A stretch of 63,407 nucleotides of DNA, filler included, from Octopus bimaculoides (taxonomy: Eukaryota), in the NCBI RefSeq assembly GCF_001194135.2. It is 4 parts of 4 records of this genome, joined end to end, with 100 filler letters (N's around TTAATTAATTAA, not from the genome) between each part and the next. Parts side by side here need not be neighbours in the genome. Positions count along the whole stretch, not along the records: positions 1 to 30,268 come from NC_068996.1; positions 30,369 to 60,057 come from NC_068987.1; 2 more parts are not named here. One strand, written 5' to 3'. The position numbers and the translations under genes were made by a program. The notes beneath the pieces were generated by a model that did not search any database, was not told the origin of the DNA, and saw only the letters and a list, made by a program, of their open reading frames with translations. Positions 24,831-37,959 of the stretch are shown in pieces (within the stretch, counting starts at the first letter, position 1; each line of letters begins with the position of its first letter).

Positions 24831-25005
24831 GCGCTTGGCTGTGTGGTAAGTAGCTTGTTTACGAACCACATGGTTCCGGGATCAGTCCCACTGCGTAGCA
24901 CCTTGGGCAAGTGTCTTCTACTATAGCCTCGGGCCGACAAAAGCCATGTGAGTGGGTTTGGTCGACGGAAACTGAAAGAAGCCCGTCGTATAATATATGT
25001 AGGTA

Positions 25006-25053
<48 letters not shown>

Positions 25054-25055
25054 TG

Positions 25056-25087
<32 letters not shown>

Positions 25088-25265
25088 CCCCACCATCGCT
25101 TGGCAACCGGTTTTGGTGTGTAACTTAGCGGTTCGGCAAAAGAGACCGACAGAATAAGTACTAGGCTTGCAAAGAATAAGTCCTGGTGTCGATTTGTTCA
25201 ATGAAAGGTGGTGCTCCAGTATGGCCGCAGTCAAATGACTGAAAGAAATAAAAGAATAAAAGAAT
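24831..25265 (+). mobile_element. SINE-C, full length
   Basis: Head, CORE-like ccttgggcaagtgtctt, internal (TG)n(TCTG)n, (aataaaag)n tail. Confidence 0.9.
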
Positions 25266-26059
25266 ACATACATACAAATTCCTGCTATTGTTTTGACTTA
25301 AAACAAAGAAGCGTTGCTTATTTCGTTCGAAACAGATTAAATTCTACAAGAACTTAAATCACATAGAAAAAAAGAAAGTATATTTGATGAGCACATAGAA
25401 TGTTATAGCAGCGATTAAAAATCAATGTGAAACACTACGTTTCATTTTTTTATAGCATAAATATACATATACAGCCATACGTACACACACACACGCACAC
25501 ACACATACGTATATATGTGCGTGTGTTTATACTTTATGGTGATATCTTAAGGTACTTTTTAGAAACTGGCGTCTTTTTCAATTCGGTATTTACATGCTAC
25601 TATTTATAGCTGTACGTGTGCTTCGAGATCCTCTATTCTAAACAAGAATTATTTCACACGTTCTCTCGAAATTTTATAAAATTCTTATGACGTCAGCAAT
25701 ATACATACATACATACATATATATGTGTGTGTGTATGTGTATATATATATATATTGTTGTTTACACCACCTGTCCTCGTGTGTTGTTGTTTTTTTCGCAA
25801 ATTCTCCCATATATATNNNNNNNNNNNNNNNNNNNNNNNNNNNNNNNNNNNNNNNNNNNNNNNNNNNNNNNNNNNNNNNNNNNNNNNNNNNNATATATTA
25901 ATAAATCTCAGGGTAGCAAAAAAAAGTTTAGAAATTCTTTTTGCTACCAGTGGTCTAGCGAGAAGAAAAAAACTAGTAAATAGACTATATATTATTCATA
26001 TTTTATTCCTTTTCGAAATTATCCCTAATTGTGGTTAGGAGTTTGACTGGTCCTTCTAG

Positions 26060-27125
26060 CGGGTTAGATGTCCTATTATGGTGTTCCACAGGGCCACAAC
26101 CCTAAGACAGTGTCCTGTCGTAGTGGCCCTCTCAGACATGCCCTTAGTTGCTCAGATAGCCACCTTTGCTAGAAGATGACACAAAAGTCTCTCAAGCAAT
26201 AAAAAATCCTGAAACTATTGCACATCTGCAATGAGAGTTGGATACAATATACAGGTGGGCCGAGAATAACAACTTACAGTTTAATGCAGGAAAATTCCAA
26301 GCCCTACGCTGCCAACACACAAAGCTAAACGACATGCAGACAGGATAGACTGGCCCAGGAGGAACTGCAATCCCTAAATCAAAATTAGTGCGTAACTTGT
26401 ACACTGACATCCGCAGTGATGCATCATTGCAAGTGCATATTACTAATTCGGTAATAAAATGCAGACGGCTAACTGGATTGATCCTCCGAACTTTCAAAAC
26501 ATGAGAAAAGGAGACATTGATGGTCCTTTGGAGGATATATGTCCTCTGCAGCTAGGACTACTACTCCCTACTATGGTCACTACACAGTATAAAATTAACG
26601 GCGGAACTCGAAGCAGTCCAACGAAGCTACACAAAGAAAATCGTCTCAATGCAACGTATCAGCTATTTGGAAAGACTGAAAGAATTAAAACTCTTCTCCC
26701 AATAACGAAGGCGGGAAACATATGCCAGTGAAAATCCTGGAAGGCCTTGTACCAAACTTTAGCATTGAAAGTTACTCAAACAGTTGAACGATGTGCCACT
26801 GAATAGTGTCAAAGATCCCAGATTCGCCATCAAAATACAGGACCAGATACTGCAACAGCTTGGACTTCAATATCCTTCCAAAATGCCTGAGAGACCTGCA
26901 TAGTGTGTATGTAAGTGTCTTGAAAACAAAACTGGATCTCTTCTTAACAAAGGTTCCCGATGAGCCTACATCATGACAGGAAACACAGATGGGGGCAGCA
27001 GCATCAAACTCCCTCATTGACCAAATGCCACATATCAGAGGAGGTTTCAAATATTGCTGTAGCTCAGTCAACGATGGTGCTCCAGCATGACTGCAGGTTT
27101 GAAGCTGAAATATTTTAAAGATTTA
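26060..27125 (+). mobile_element. 5'-truncated LINE (CR1/L2-group RT C-terminus plus 3' tail)
   Basis: YGVPQG, DDTKVSQAIKNPETIAHLQ*ELDTIYRWAENNNLQFNAGKFQALR, NILPKCLRDLH..KTKLDLFLTKVPDEP; ends ggtgctccagcatgactgcagg..(taaagatt)n. Confidence 0.8.
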
Positions 27126-27434
27126 AAGATTTGTATATAATGTAGTCCGAGACACGGTATGTCTGAAAAAAGAAAATAACAGTATAGTAATAGCTTGGAT
27201 TCCGTTATGATTTGTTGATAAATAAAAGTAACGAGAATAAAAGCAACAACAATGAGCTTTTTTATTTTGAATAATCGGAATGAACTTGAAGCCAAGAGAA
27301 TCTTCAGATTTTCACAGAACTCTCTGCTACGATGGAAGAGTCCCTCCACATTCGTTAGCTTTACAAGTAATAGTGGTCTAAATCATATCTTTCTGTGTAA
27401 AATGAAGAGGACAATGAATAATATGGTTCTAGCT

Positions 27435-27592
27435 TAGTGGTTCTCAAACAGGGTCCATATAAAATTTTGGGGGGTCCACGCAAGCAATGTAGTAAATCGG
27501 GAACCATGTTAGTATTTTAAGGGCTCATAAAGAATATTTTACTTTCGATGTATCTATTACTTTAGACGGAAACTGAAATATGCCTGTCGTAC

Positions 27593-27675
<83 letters not shown>

Positions 27676-27989
27676 TTTGTGTCTGTGTTTGCACCACCCA
27701 TCATCGCAAAAGAGACCGACAGAATACTACCAGGCTTTAAAAAAAGTCCTGGGATCGATTTATTCGGCAAAAACACTTCATAGTAGTGATCCAGCATGGC
27801 TGCAGTCAAATAATTGAAATAAGTAAAAGAATAAAAAAATCAAGTCAATGTGTGAAAAACAAATTAGGTATTTTGAAAGAAGTGTCTATAAAACTAGTTT
27901 TTAAACGTTGAATGGCTATGAGGGTCCATTAAAATAGAATAGTAACCAAAAGGATTCAAAGATTTTAAAAAAATGTTTCGGAACCGCTG
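27435..27989. mobile_element. hAT MITE carrying a nested SINE-C (27561-27840)
   Basis: tagtggttctcaaac ... ggaaccgctg, flanked by ttctagct / tcctagat (6/8 TSD match). The internal sequence is shared with 17055-17392. Confidence 0.75.
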
Positions 27990-29294
27990 TCCTAGATGCG
28001 TTGTTTGGTAAAAATTTTTGTTGGTCGCAACCGGAATACTTTTGATCAACAACAATAATGTTGGTAATTTAGCCGATTAGTATTGAACTGCTCTGAACAA
28101 CATTTGTGGATCACAGCTAGGTGTTTCGACTTCATGTCATGGACTGACTCGAGAAGAGTAACAATTGCTCAGAGGATCAATAGATATGGTCAGAGGATCA
28201 GAGATATGGTCAACGGATTAACAGATCAATAGATGTGGAACAATATATATCACAGCTACTTGTTTCACCGATCATCTACATGCCATTGACAGTTGGTTGA
28301 ACAACCTTGATTGAGAAGCAATTGATCTAAGGATTACAACTGGCTATCTACCAACGTAACTTAAAAGCATTCTGCGGATCAGAGTTGACCTGGATTCAGC
28401 TGCAATAGATCTCTGAGTCACACTTGGATCTAGTGTTTTAGGGACCAAACTGTCTACCTCTCATAGATAATTGGTCGATCAGAAATGATCCGGGTTAAAC
28501 AAAAGACCTAAGAGTTTCAGTTAGGTGATGGTTGGTGTTTAACCGACTAACCATGTCCGTAGCGTAGGTTGCTGGTCGATCAGGTTTGAGCTGGGTTAAA
28601 CAAAAAGAAAGACAGTATTGGTATTTCAGATCAATATACAGTGATGATTAGCAGAATTAGTAAAAACGTTAGACGTAATACCTCAAAGTATTTGGTTGTT
28701 TCGCTTTGCGGAACCCCACTCGGATCCATTTTGCATTTCTTCCTTATTATATTGATGCAATCGGCTACGGACTAAAAGACTTTGATACAGCATGGTCATA
28801 GTCCATGACATGAAACCTGTAAAAGAATGAAAGAATATGTGAGATTGTTCAGTTTACGTTGGCACATTCAGAGCTGGGTGCATTAAAAAACCAGTTAGAA
28901 ATTCTTATGTAGTGAGGAGAAAAACATGAAGTCATTAATTAATATTGTATTATTCTGGTATATAGAGGAGACACCTCCGGACATATTTGAGATCTATTCT
29001 GACTTCATCAGCAGAGCTTATTCTTCATTCACCGTAATTAAGAAAGCACTAATTAAATAATCATTCTATAGTCTTCTCTTTCTCTCCTTCTCTCCTTCTC
29101 TCATTCTTTGTATGAGTGCATGCGCGCGTGTGTGTATGTGCTTAAATTCAAGAAGTTGTGCAAACAAGTAAAGGGAATACTCGGTACGAAATATGGCAAA
29201 AAAATAATAGGGTTATTTGAACTAATTGTAGCTCCAAGATTCACTTTGCCAATTTTCTGACACTCACACACGCGCACGCACATGTAGATAGAAG

Positions 29295-29295
29295 A

Positions 29296-29328
<33 letters not shown>

Positions 29329-29515
29329 CAGGCAGGCAGGCAGGCAGGTAGGCAGGCAGGCAGGCAGGCAGGCAGAAAGAAAGAAAGAAAGAAATAAAGA
29401 GACAGACAGACAGACAAACAGAGACGAACAGAAAAGACAGAGCATACAAACAGACAAAGTGATAGAGAAATAGATATATATAGAAAGAGAGATCGACAGA
29501 CAGATCGACAGACAC

Positions 29516-29587
<72 letters not shown>

Positions 29588-29590
29588 TAT
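29295..29590. repeat. Compound (GACA)(GGCA)(GAAA)(GATA) microsatellite
   Basis: Direct reading of the sequence. Confidence 0.95.
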
Positions 29591-30227
29591 ATAATTAATT
29601 ACAATAATAACAAATAATAAGAGTGATTTTGAATCGAGGCTGCATTCTTTTCCTGTTCTTGAAGAGTTGCTATGGCTGATGTTGCCTGGTTTCGCTGTCA
29701 CATTATCTTTCACTAATATTCAGAAATGAAATGACAATAAAACACTACAGAAGGTGTTGAGTGACGTAGGGGGGTAGGTATAGTATTGTTAAAGTATTGA
29801 TATAGCGAAGAAGGAGGAGGAGAAGGGTGAATGCGGGATTGTGATAGAGGGGAAGTGAGAGATAAACGAGAAAGACAGAAAGTAATTATTATAAGTTTAA
29901 GGCGGCGAGTTGGCAGAAACGTTTGCACGCGGGGCGAAATGCTTAGCGGTATTTCGTTTGTCTTTATGTTCTGAGTTCAAATTCCGCCGGTATTCTCAAA
30001 ATAAGTTCTCACTGTATGGAGAACTTATTCTGTTGATCATACATATAACGGAACAGTAAACTATATATATATATGTATATATACATATATATATAATTCT
30101 ATTTATTTACTTGTGTAGCTGAAGATGGCACTGCATTTAAATTGATGTAAGGAATTGCATTGTTCAATGAAATGGAGTTGCTTGAAACGGTTGTGCTACA
30201 TCACTACCTGATATCTTGTTGCTTATT

Positions 30228-30268
<41 letters not shown>

Positions 30269-30402
30269 NNNNNNNNNNNNNNNNNNNNNNNNNNNNNNNN
30301 NNNNNNNNNNNNTTAATTAATTAANNNNNNNNNNNNNNNNNNNNNNNNNNNNNNNNNNNNNNNNNNNNGGTTATGATTATTATGTATTGTCGGCATTTTT
30401 AG

Positions 30403-30477
30403 TGAAGTATTGTTTACAAAAGAAAGTACGAAAAGAAGCCGAAACATTTGTGAATCAAATTGATAGATTGCGAACCA
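30403..30477 (+). CDS. Candidate internal coding exon, possibly of the PDZ gene
   Basis: catttttag| ... cca|gtgagt. 75 nt, phase 1-1, open: (x)[25 protein letters not shown] unique-sequence island between a gap and a (GT)n tract; no homology recognised. Confidence 0.4.
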
Positions 30478-30621
30478 GTGAGTGTGTATGTGTGTGCGTG
30501 TGTGTGCGTGCGCGCGTGTGTGTGTGTGTGTGTGTGTGTGTGTTTACGTGTTTATGTGTATATACTTATCTGCGTGTCTGTGTGCGCGCATGTGTGTGTA
30601 TGTGTGTATGTCTGTGTGTGT

Positions 30622-30652
<31 letters not shown>

Positions 30653-31116
30653 CACACGTATGTGTGATGCGTATTTAAATGAGTAGTTATCTGTGTATGA
30701 CGAATCTAAGAGAAAAATACGGTGAATGAAGGGTAGTCGATGCATATAAGAGAGGGAGAGAGAGAGGGGGGGGGAGAAACAGAGAGAAAGGGAAGAGAAA
30801 GAGAATAAGAGAGAGAGAGAGAGAGAGTGAGAGAGAGAGAGGGGAGAGAGACTATAGCAAGATAGAAAGAGACAGAGTATATGCATGTATGTATGTATGT
30901 ATGTATGTATGTGTTTGTGCATTTGTATGCTAAGCATATGCGTTTATATGTATACACACATACATACAGTATATACATATGTGTATGTATGTATGGATAT
31001 TGTATGAAATATATGCATGTATGAAATGTAAGAAAAATGTGAATAAATATGTATGTGATGTAATGTCTGTATGCGCATGTATATATGAAACGCATGCGCG
31101 CTTGGGTACGTATATA

Positions 31117-32066
31117 CGAGGCGTCCCAAAAGTCATTATACACTTTCTTTTTTCTATTTCGTTTCAGGTATCATTCAGAGAGAAGTGAGGCCATCAGCAT
31201 TTGACACCTTAGACTTTGCAGTTTTTCTAAGTGTATCATTCTCTTGCACGTCATAAACCATACCACCAGCTTCGGATAGTCTCGTTCATGTTCGAGAATT
31301 TCTGTTGCTTTTGATTTTCCCCAGATTCGACAATTGTATCGGTTTACTCGACCAGAGACATGAAAGATAGACTCATCGCTGAACAATAAGTTTTCCAACT
31401 TACTGACTCTGAAAAAGGGAAGAAGGGCGAAGTCGATTTCGGTAGCATGTGAACATGGAACACAAACTGGCATAAACAGAAGAAACGCCGCTAGCATTTT
31501 GTCTGGCGCGTTAACGAGTCGTTTTGGTAATGATTCACACATTTCCAGACACACGCATCATGATCTTCTGCTTGAAGCCTTCGAACAACCCGAAGTCGGT
31601 ACGAGTAGAGCTTTATCACTTTCTCCGAAGCATCCACTGAATCGAACTTTGCTGATGCTAAGTTCCAGAGCAGTCCTCCGGATGAATTTCCTCTGGCTTT
31701 TCACGAACGCCTGCTTCAGGAATTGGGGCGGTTTTAATCAATGGTGGTAGCGGCAGGCCTTCCGCTGCGTGTTTGTCAAGAACAGATCCTCCTTCGAGAA
31801 ACTTGTACTACGCGTTGGAGCAGTGTGACGGCCATAAACCTTCTTAAACTTGCGCTGAACTGCAGTAGGGGACTGAAAAACTTCTTGCCAGGCGGCAATT
31901 TTGCAACGCTGCTCTAACGACAATTGGCGAGCCATGAGCAAAGGAATGATACACTTGCAAAATCTGCAAAGCCTAAGGTGTCAGATGTTCATGGCCTCAA
32001 GTCTCTCCGAATGATCCCTGAAACGAAATAGAAAAAAGAAAGTGTATAGTGACTTTTGGGACATCC

Positions 32067-32068
<2 letters not shown>
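31117..32068 (-). mobile_element. Internally deleted DUF4817/DD37D(maT)-type Tc1/mariner element with ~131-bp TIRs
   Basis: TA-flanked; 31117-31247 and 31938-32068 are inverted repeats. Minus ORF pieces: MARQLSLEQRCKIAAWQEVFQSPTAVQRKF, YRLRVVRRLQAEDHD, LLFSDESIFHVSGRVNRYNCRIWG; truncated before the 2nd and 3rd catalytic residues. Confidence 0.85.
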
Positions 32069-32106
<38 letters not shown>

Positions 32107-32171
32107 TGTATGTGTGCGTGTGTGTGCGCGCGTGTGTGTATGTATGTATATATATGTATATATGTATATAT

Positions 32172-32730
32172 ATACTCTTTACTCTCTTTTACTCTTTTAC
32201 TTGTTTCAGTCATTTTGACTGTGGCCATGCTGGAGCACCGCCTTTAGTCGAGCAAATCGACCCCAGGACTTATTCTTTGGAAGCCTAGTACTTAGTCTAT
32301 CGGTCTCTTTTGCCGAACCGCTAAGTTACNNNNNNNNNNNNNNNNNNNNNNNNNNNNNNNNNNNNNNNNNNNNNNNNNNNNNNNNNNNNNNNNNNNNNNN
32401 NNNNNNNNNNNNNNNNNNNNNNNNNNNNNNNNNNNNNNNNNNNNNNNNNNNNNNNNNNNNNNNNNNNNNNNNNNNNNNNNNNNNNNNNNNNNNNNNNNNN
32501 NNNNNNNNNNNNNNNNNNNNNNNNNNNNNNNNNNNNNNNNNNNNNNNNNNNNNNNNNNNNNNNNNNATATATACGACAGGCTTCTTTCAGTTTCCGTCTA
32601 CCAAATCCACTCTCAAGGCTTTGATCGGCCCGAGGCTATAGTAGAAGACACTTGCCCAAGGTGCCACGCAGTGGGAATGAACCCGGAACCATGTGGTTGG
32701 TAAGCAAGCTACTTACCACACAACCACTCC
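32172..32730 (-). mobile_element. SINE-C, young copy with a gap at its microsatellite
   Basis: Tail at 32172-32329 is near-identical to 57336-57490; head at 32572-32730. Confidence 0.9.
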
Positions 32731-32761
32731 TTATATATATATACATGGTATTTACATATGC

Positions 32762-33874
32762 ATACTTGGATTCCATTGGTGAAGAAGCTTTCATCATGTT
32801 TGTAAAAAAAAACTCATCAACAGCAGATATGACGTCATCACTGCGATTCTGGTTCCCAGCCAAGTGCTTTTTCATGTTGGGGGAGCAGATGTTAGTCAGT
32901 TGGGGGAGAATAGGTATGCTGATCAACCAGTTCAAAGCCACAGTCAAGTACAGCAGCCAATGAAACCAAGGACTCTTACGCTGGAGCTTTGTCCTGATGA
33001 AACAAGACTCCTTTCAACAGTTTTCCTGGATGTTAGGTCTTGATAGCGTTTCGTAACTGTCTTAGCAAATTGGCATAGTAGTCTCCATTTATGGCGTGGT
33101 CCTTTTCAAGATAGTCAATAAACACAATGCCTTTTGTATCCCATCAAATCTGAGGTTATCAGCTTCCCGCATATAAAACGGCCGTGACCTTTGGAGTAGG
33201 TGAGGAGGAGTGTTTCCATTGCATAGATTGTCTCTTTGTCTCTGGCTCAAAGTGATCAACATCACACTCTTCCAGGCTAAGATTTCAGCTGGATCTGCCC
33301 GAAGCAATGTCAGATGTTCGCGTGATGTGATCAGCCTGATAAAGCTTTTGATCAGGTGTCAGAAAATGTAACACCCACCAAGCAGAAACCTTCGTCATCT
33401 CAAATTCATTGTGCAGAATATTCTCAACTCTCTCACAGCATGTGTTTTTAGCATTGGTTGTTTGATTCATAGTCAATCGCCTGTCATCCATCACCATGTG
33501 GTGAACGCGATCGATGTTTTCCTCCTTCGAAGTAGTTGCAGGACGTCCAAACCTTCGATCATCTTCAAGACTCCCTCTCCAAAATTCAGCTGCTCACTTT
33601 TGCACTGTTTATAAAGCTGGAACATCATCTCTCCTTGAGCGCTAAACCATTTTCTGTAGGTATTTGATAACACGACGATGCCAAATTTTGTCTATTTTCA
33701 AAAGAATTCGCTACTAGTTACTTCTGAAGTCTTCTTTGAACAGTGAGATATCAGTTTATCTGGAAAGAAACAAAACAGTAATTAATAAGAAGATTTGTAA
33801 TTAATGCATGCACACTTCACAGCTCTAGCATGAATACTTTATAGTTAGCCTATGAAATTTTTAACCCACTCTCG
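32762..33874 (-). mobile_element. Decayed mariner (DD34D) transposon lacking its 3' end
   Basis: TIR cgagagtgggttaaaaatttcataggctaac next to TA. Pieces: DKIWHRRVIKYLQK, GRPATTSKEENIDRVHHMVMDDRRLT, DCGFELVDQ, PNMKKHLAG..SDDVISAVDEFF. Confidence 0.85.
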
Positions 33875-35029
33875 TATGAACATTAAATAACATATTCACA
33901 GTAATTAAGAAAGTAATTAATAACAGGTCGTTAAGCCCCAACACGTTATTACATTGCAGGACTGACTTGCATGTATAAACGTAATTGGTTAAAATGATTT
34001 TTTAAAAGCAAAATATTTAACACAAAAGAAGAAAAGCACATATTTCACATACAGTTTATTTGGTAATTGTATTAATCAGCTGTTTCATTAAGACAAACAC
34101 CGCGAAATGTATAATTTCATAATTGTGATATATCTAAATTAAATTTAGTTAAATTAATCTAAAAATAATGATTAACAAAATCATCTGGAATGTTATGCTA
34201 ACATGAGAAAATCGTTACCTTGAATATCGAGTAACAGCATAAACTTAACGGCCAAAATTTAAATTCCAACTCTTGGCTTTACCTATTACAAAGAAGAAGC
34301 AACATACACCAACACATCATTTTGAAGAAGAGACTGTGAAGGTCTAGAAACAGTGAAAACAGATTTAGGAAGTTTACTGCTCTAAACAAACTGCAACTGA
34401 TTCATGTGAAATATGAGAAATATCTTGATTAAAAAGATAAATCTAGAATTCAGTGGGATATTCAATACAACACCACACACACACACAACGCTTTTCATTC
34501 ATCCCAGTTCGATAAATAAAATACCGTCCTAATATTGTGGTTGATATAATCAAAAGTTCGTTCTCTCCCCAAATTTCTTACTTTGTGTTTTTCTTAGTAT
34601 CAGTATTGCAAGGGAAGAAGGTGCAATGTTTAGCAGGATAGGTAAGACATTGGACAAAATACTTTGCAGTATTTAGTTATGAACGTAAGAGTTCTAATCG
34701 CGAAGAATTTGTTTTCCGTCCTTCTCTTGTCTACAAAATAAAATAGTAGACTAGTACAGGGATCAGTTTAATCGGCTTTACCTCACCCCTCAATATATGG
34801 TCTTTGTCGAAGTTCTAAGCCAACATAATCAACTATATCTTCCAACATGCCACCCCACCAAAATCATGCAGAATATGCTATTTTATACAATTCTTTGCCG
34901 CACTCCGTATAACTGTCCCGCTTATATTATGTGGTTTTTGTGAGTCGTATTTGTAATCTGCTTCTCATCATGTTCTCTTGCAGAAGCATATAATAAACCG
35001 CTATCAATACTGAAGCCCCAAAGGCAACG

Positions 35030-35702
35030 GGTTAACAGGATCGTTAGCACACAACCAAAACCTTTACGGTTTTTCTTCCGTCTCTTTATGTTCTAAGTTC
35101 AAATTCTGCCGTGGTCAACTTGCCTTTCATCCTTTCGGCGTCGATAAAATAAGAACCACTGGAGCACTGAGTTTGATGTAATCGACTCCGACCTCTCCCC
35201 CAAAATGTGCTGGCTTTGGCCATAATTTGACAGAATTATTATTATTATTTCCTTTCTAAAGGTGGCGAGTTGGCAGAATCGCTAACAAGCCGAATAAAGC
35301 TTTTAACGGCATTTCATCCGTCTTTATGTTCTGAGTTCAAATCCCACCGAGGTAGACTTTGCCTTTCTTCCTTTCGGGATCGATAATATAAGTAACAGTT
35401 GAGCACTGGAGTCGATGCAATCAATTAGCTCTCCTCCACAAAATTTCAGGCCTTGTGCCTATGAGTATAAATGATTATTTCCGTTCTATCACAGACAGAG
35501 GATCTGAAATTTTGAGGGAGGAGGCGAGACGACTATATCGATTTCTGTACTTAACTGGTATTTATTTTACCGACTCTGAAAAAAAGGCGAAGTCGATTTC
35601 GGTAGCATGTGAACATCGAACACAAACTGACATAAACAGAAAAAACGCCGCTAGCATTTTGTCTGGCGCGCTAACGAGTCTGCCAGCTCACCGCCTTTCT
35701 TC
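35030..35702. mobile_element. SINE-B cluster (+35030-35215, +35258-35460, -35498-35702 variant)
   Basis: Three copies of the gactttgcctttcatcctttcgg..gataaaataagtacc module; the third is on the minus strand. Confidence 0.8.
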
Positions 35703-36399
35703 TACTCTTGTAATTATGCTAGGAATTATCATTATTATTATTTTATTTTTAGCTAGCAACCAACTATTAGATCAACAGTTGCAACGAACGTGTCTTTTTT
35801 TTTGTTTTGTTTATTTGTTTTTTATTTTCCATTTTTGCGATAATATCTGAAGTATGTTTGCTGCTTGCATTAAGCTTGCACATAATGGTTCTTTATGTTT
35901 ACCAATGTTGTCCACCTTTATAGACTTTCTATTGTATGAATATTAGCATAAGTTTCAACAGACAGAATGGGTCCTATAAGACTGCTCACTTTTATGGCCG
36001 TGTGTGTATGTATGAGTGGAGGTGTATACGTACTTGAACGAGTATGTATATATGACTGTATATATAATTGTATTTATGCGTGTGTGTGTCTGTGTGTGCG
36101 CGCGTGTGTGTGTGTGTGTGTGCGTGTGTGTCTTTTTATGCTTTCTGTATTCCTATCCACAAACCTCTTTTCGATTTGCTTTCAGTTTTAGTGTACGTGC
36201 GGATATACACATTCTATATACGTATTCTCCTACCTCTTTTTCTCTATATATATAATATATATACAATATACATATTTGTATGTATGTGTGTGTATATANN
36301 NNNNNNNNNNNNNNNNNNNNNNNNNNNNNNNNNNNNNNNNNNNNNNNNNNNNNNNNNNNNNNNNNNNNNNNNNNNNNNNNNNNNNNNNNNNNNNNNNNN

Positions 36400-36458
<59 letters not shown>

Positions 36459-36685
36459 AAACATTATATATATGTATATATATATATGTATATATATGTA
36501 TATATATGTAAACATATATGTATGTATATATATGTGTGTGTATGTATGTATGTATGTATGTGTCTGTCTGTCTATCTGTCTACTTAGCTAGCTAGATCCG
36601 TATATATGTGTGTGTAAGTGTGAGTGTGTCTGTGTGTGCGTGTGTTTGTATATATACATATATGTATATGTGTGTGTGTGTGTGT

Positions 36686-36748
<63 letters not shown>

Positions 36749-36789
36749 TACATATATCTGTGTATCAGTGTGTATATAGGCGCATTCAC

Positions 36790-37228
36790 TTCGGGTGGAC
36801 CAATGTCTGGTAAATGAATTTAGTAAACGGAAGCCCGTCGTATGTATGTATGTATGTATGTATGTATGTATGTATGTATGTATGTATGTATGTATGTATG
36901 TATGTATGTATGTATGTAGGTAGGTAGGTAGGTAGGTATGTGTGTGTGCGTGCGTGTGTGCATGTGTGTACGTGTATGAATGTGAGTGTACATGTTTGTG
37001 TTTCTCCCTAACCCTTTGACAACCAATGTAGGTTTGGTTACGTCCCCATAACTTAGCTGTTCAATATCAAAATGAGACTGCTTGAATAAGTACTAGACTT
37101 CAAGAAAAAAACAAAAAACAATACGTTCTGGAGTCTATTTGATAGACTAAAAAAACTAAAGAAATAAAAGTTAAGGCAGGGTTCCAGCATGGTCGCAATC
37201 GAATGACAGAAACAAAGAAATAAAAAGA
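36790..37228 (+). mobile_element. SINE-C, degenerate
   Basis: aacggaagcccgtcg-(TATG)n(TAGG)n-..gttccagcatggtcgcaatcgaatgacagaaac. Confidence 0.75.
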
Positions 37229-37928
37229 AATATATATGTGTATATATATGTACGTATACGCACACAAACACATATGAATATATGTGTGTGTATATATATA
37301 TTGCACACACACAAAATGCACACACATATGTATATATATACGTACACGCACACATATACGTATGAATGTATGTATGCATGCATGTGTGTATATATGCATG
37401 TATGTATGTGTGTATGTATGTATGTATGTATGTATGTATATATGTGTGTGTATGTATGTATGTGTGTATGTATGTATGTAGACGAATACATATAAATCCT
37501 TATTCGTATACGGGTCTCAGTCTTTGTTGATGTGTATACCAGCTGGCATAAAAGGCATTTAGTATTAATGTTTGATGATATCCTACACCTGGTGTACAAA
37601 AAAACATCTATGTTTGTCTGTACACACATACATACATGCATTCATACATACGTACGTACATACACACATACATACAAACATACGTATATTCATACATACA
37701 TACATACATACATACATACATACATACATACATACATACGTTCGTGCATACATACATATATACATGCATACATCACATACATATATATATATATATATAC
37801 GTACATGTTTTGTAATTATTGAATACATGTGACCATATTGAAGTGTAATCAACCGTATCAACTCTGCTTCTGCACGTGCACACAGAATATTATAATTGTA
37901 CAGTATATATATTATTATATAATATCAG

Positions 37929-37959
<31 letters not shown>

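Noticed and set aside
28170-28260. Short repeated units (cagaggatca.agatatggt), superficially CRISPR-like
   Set aside because: Two or three degenerate adjacent units without spacers in a eukaryotic context, and no cas genes.
30313-30324. TTAATTAATTAA island inside N runs (also 60102-60113 and 62260-62271)
   Set aside because: The identical 12-mer has 44 N on each side (100 nt in total) and stops in all frames: a scaffolding spacer, not biology.
34318-34360. TTGAAGA-agAGAC/GTCTa-GAAACAGTG hammerhead-like string
   Set aside because: Several core deviations and extra bases; compatible with chance in AT-rich DNA.
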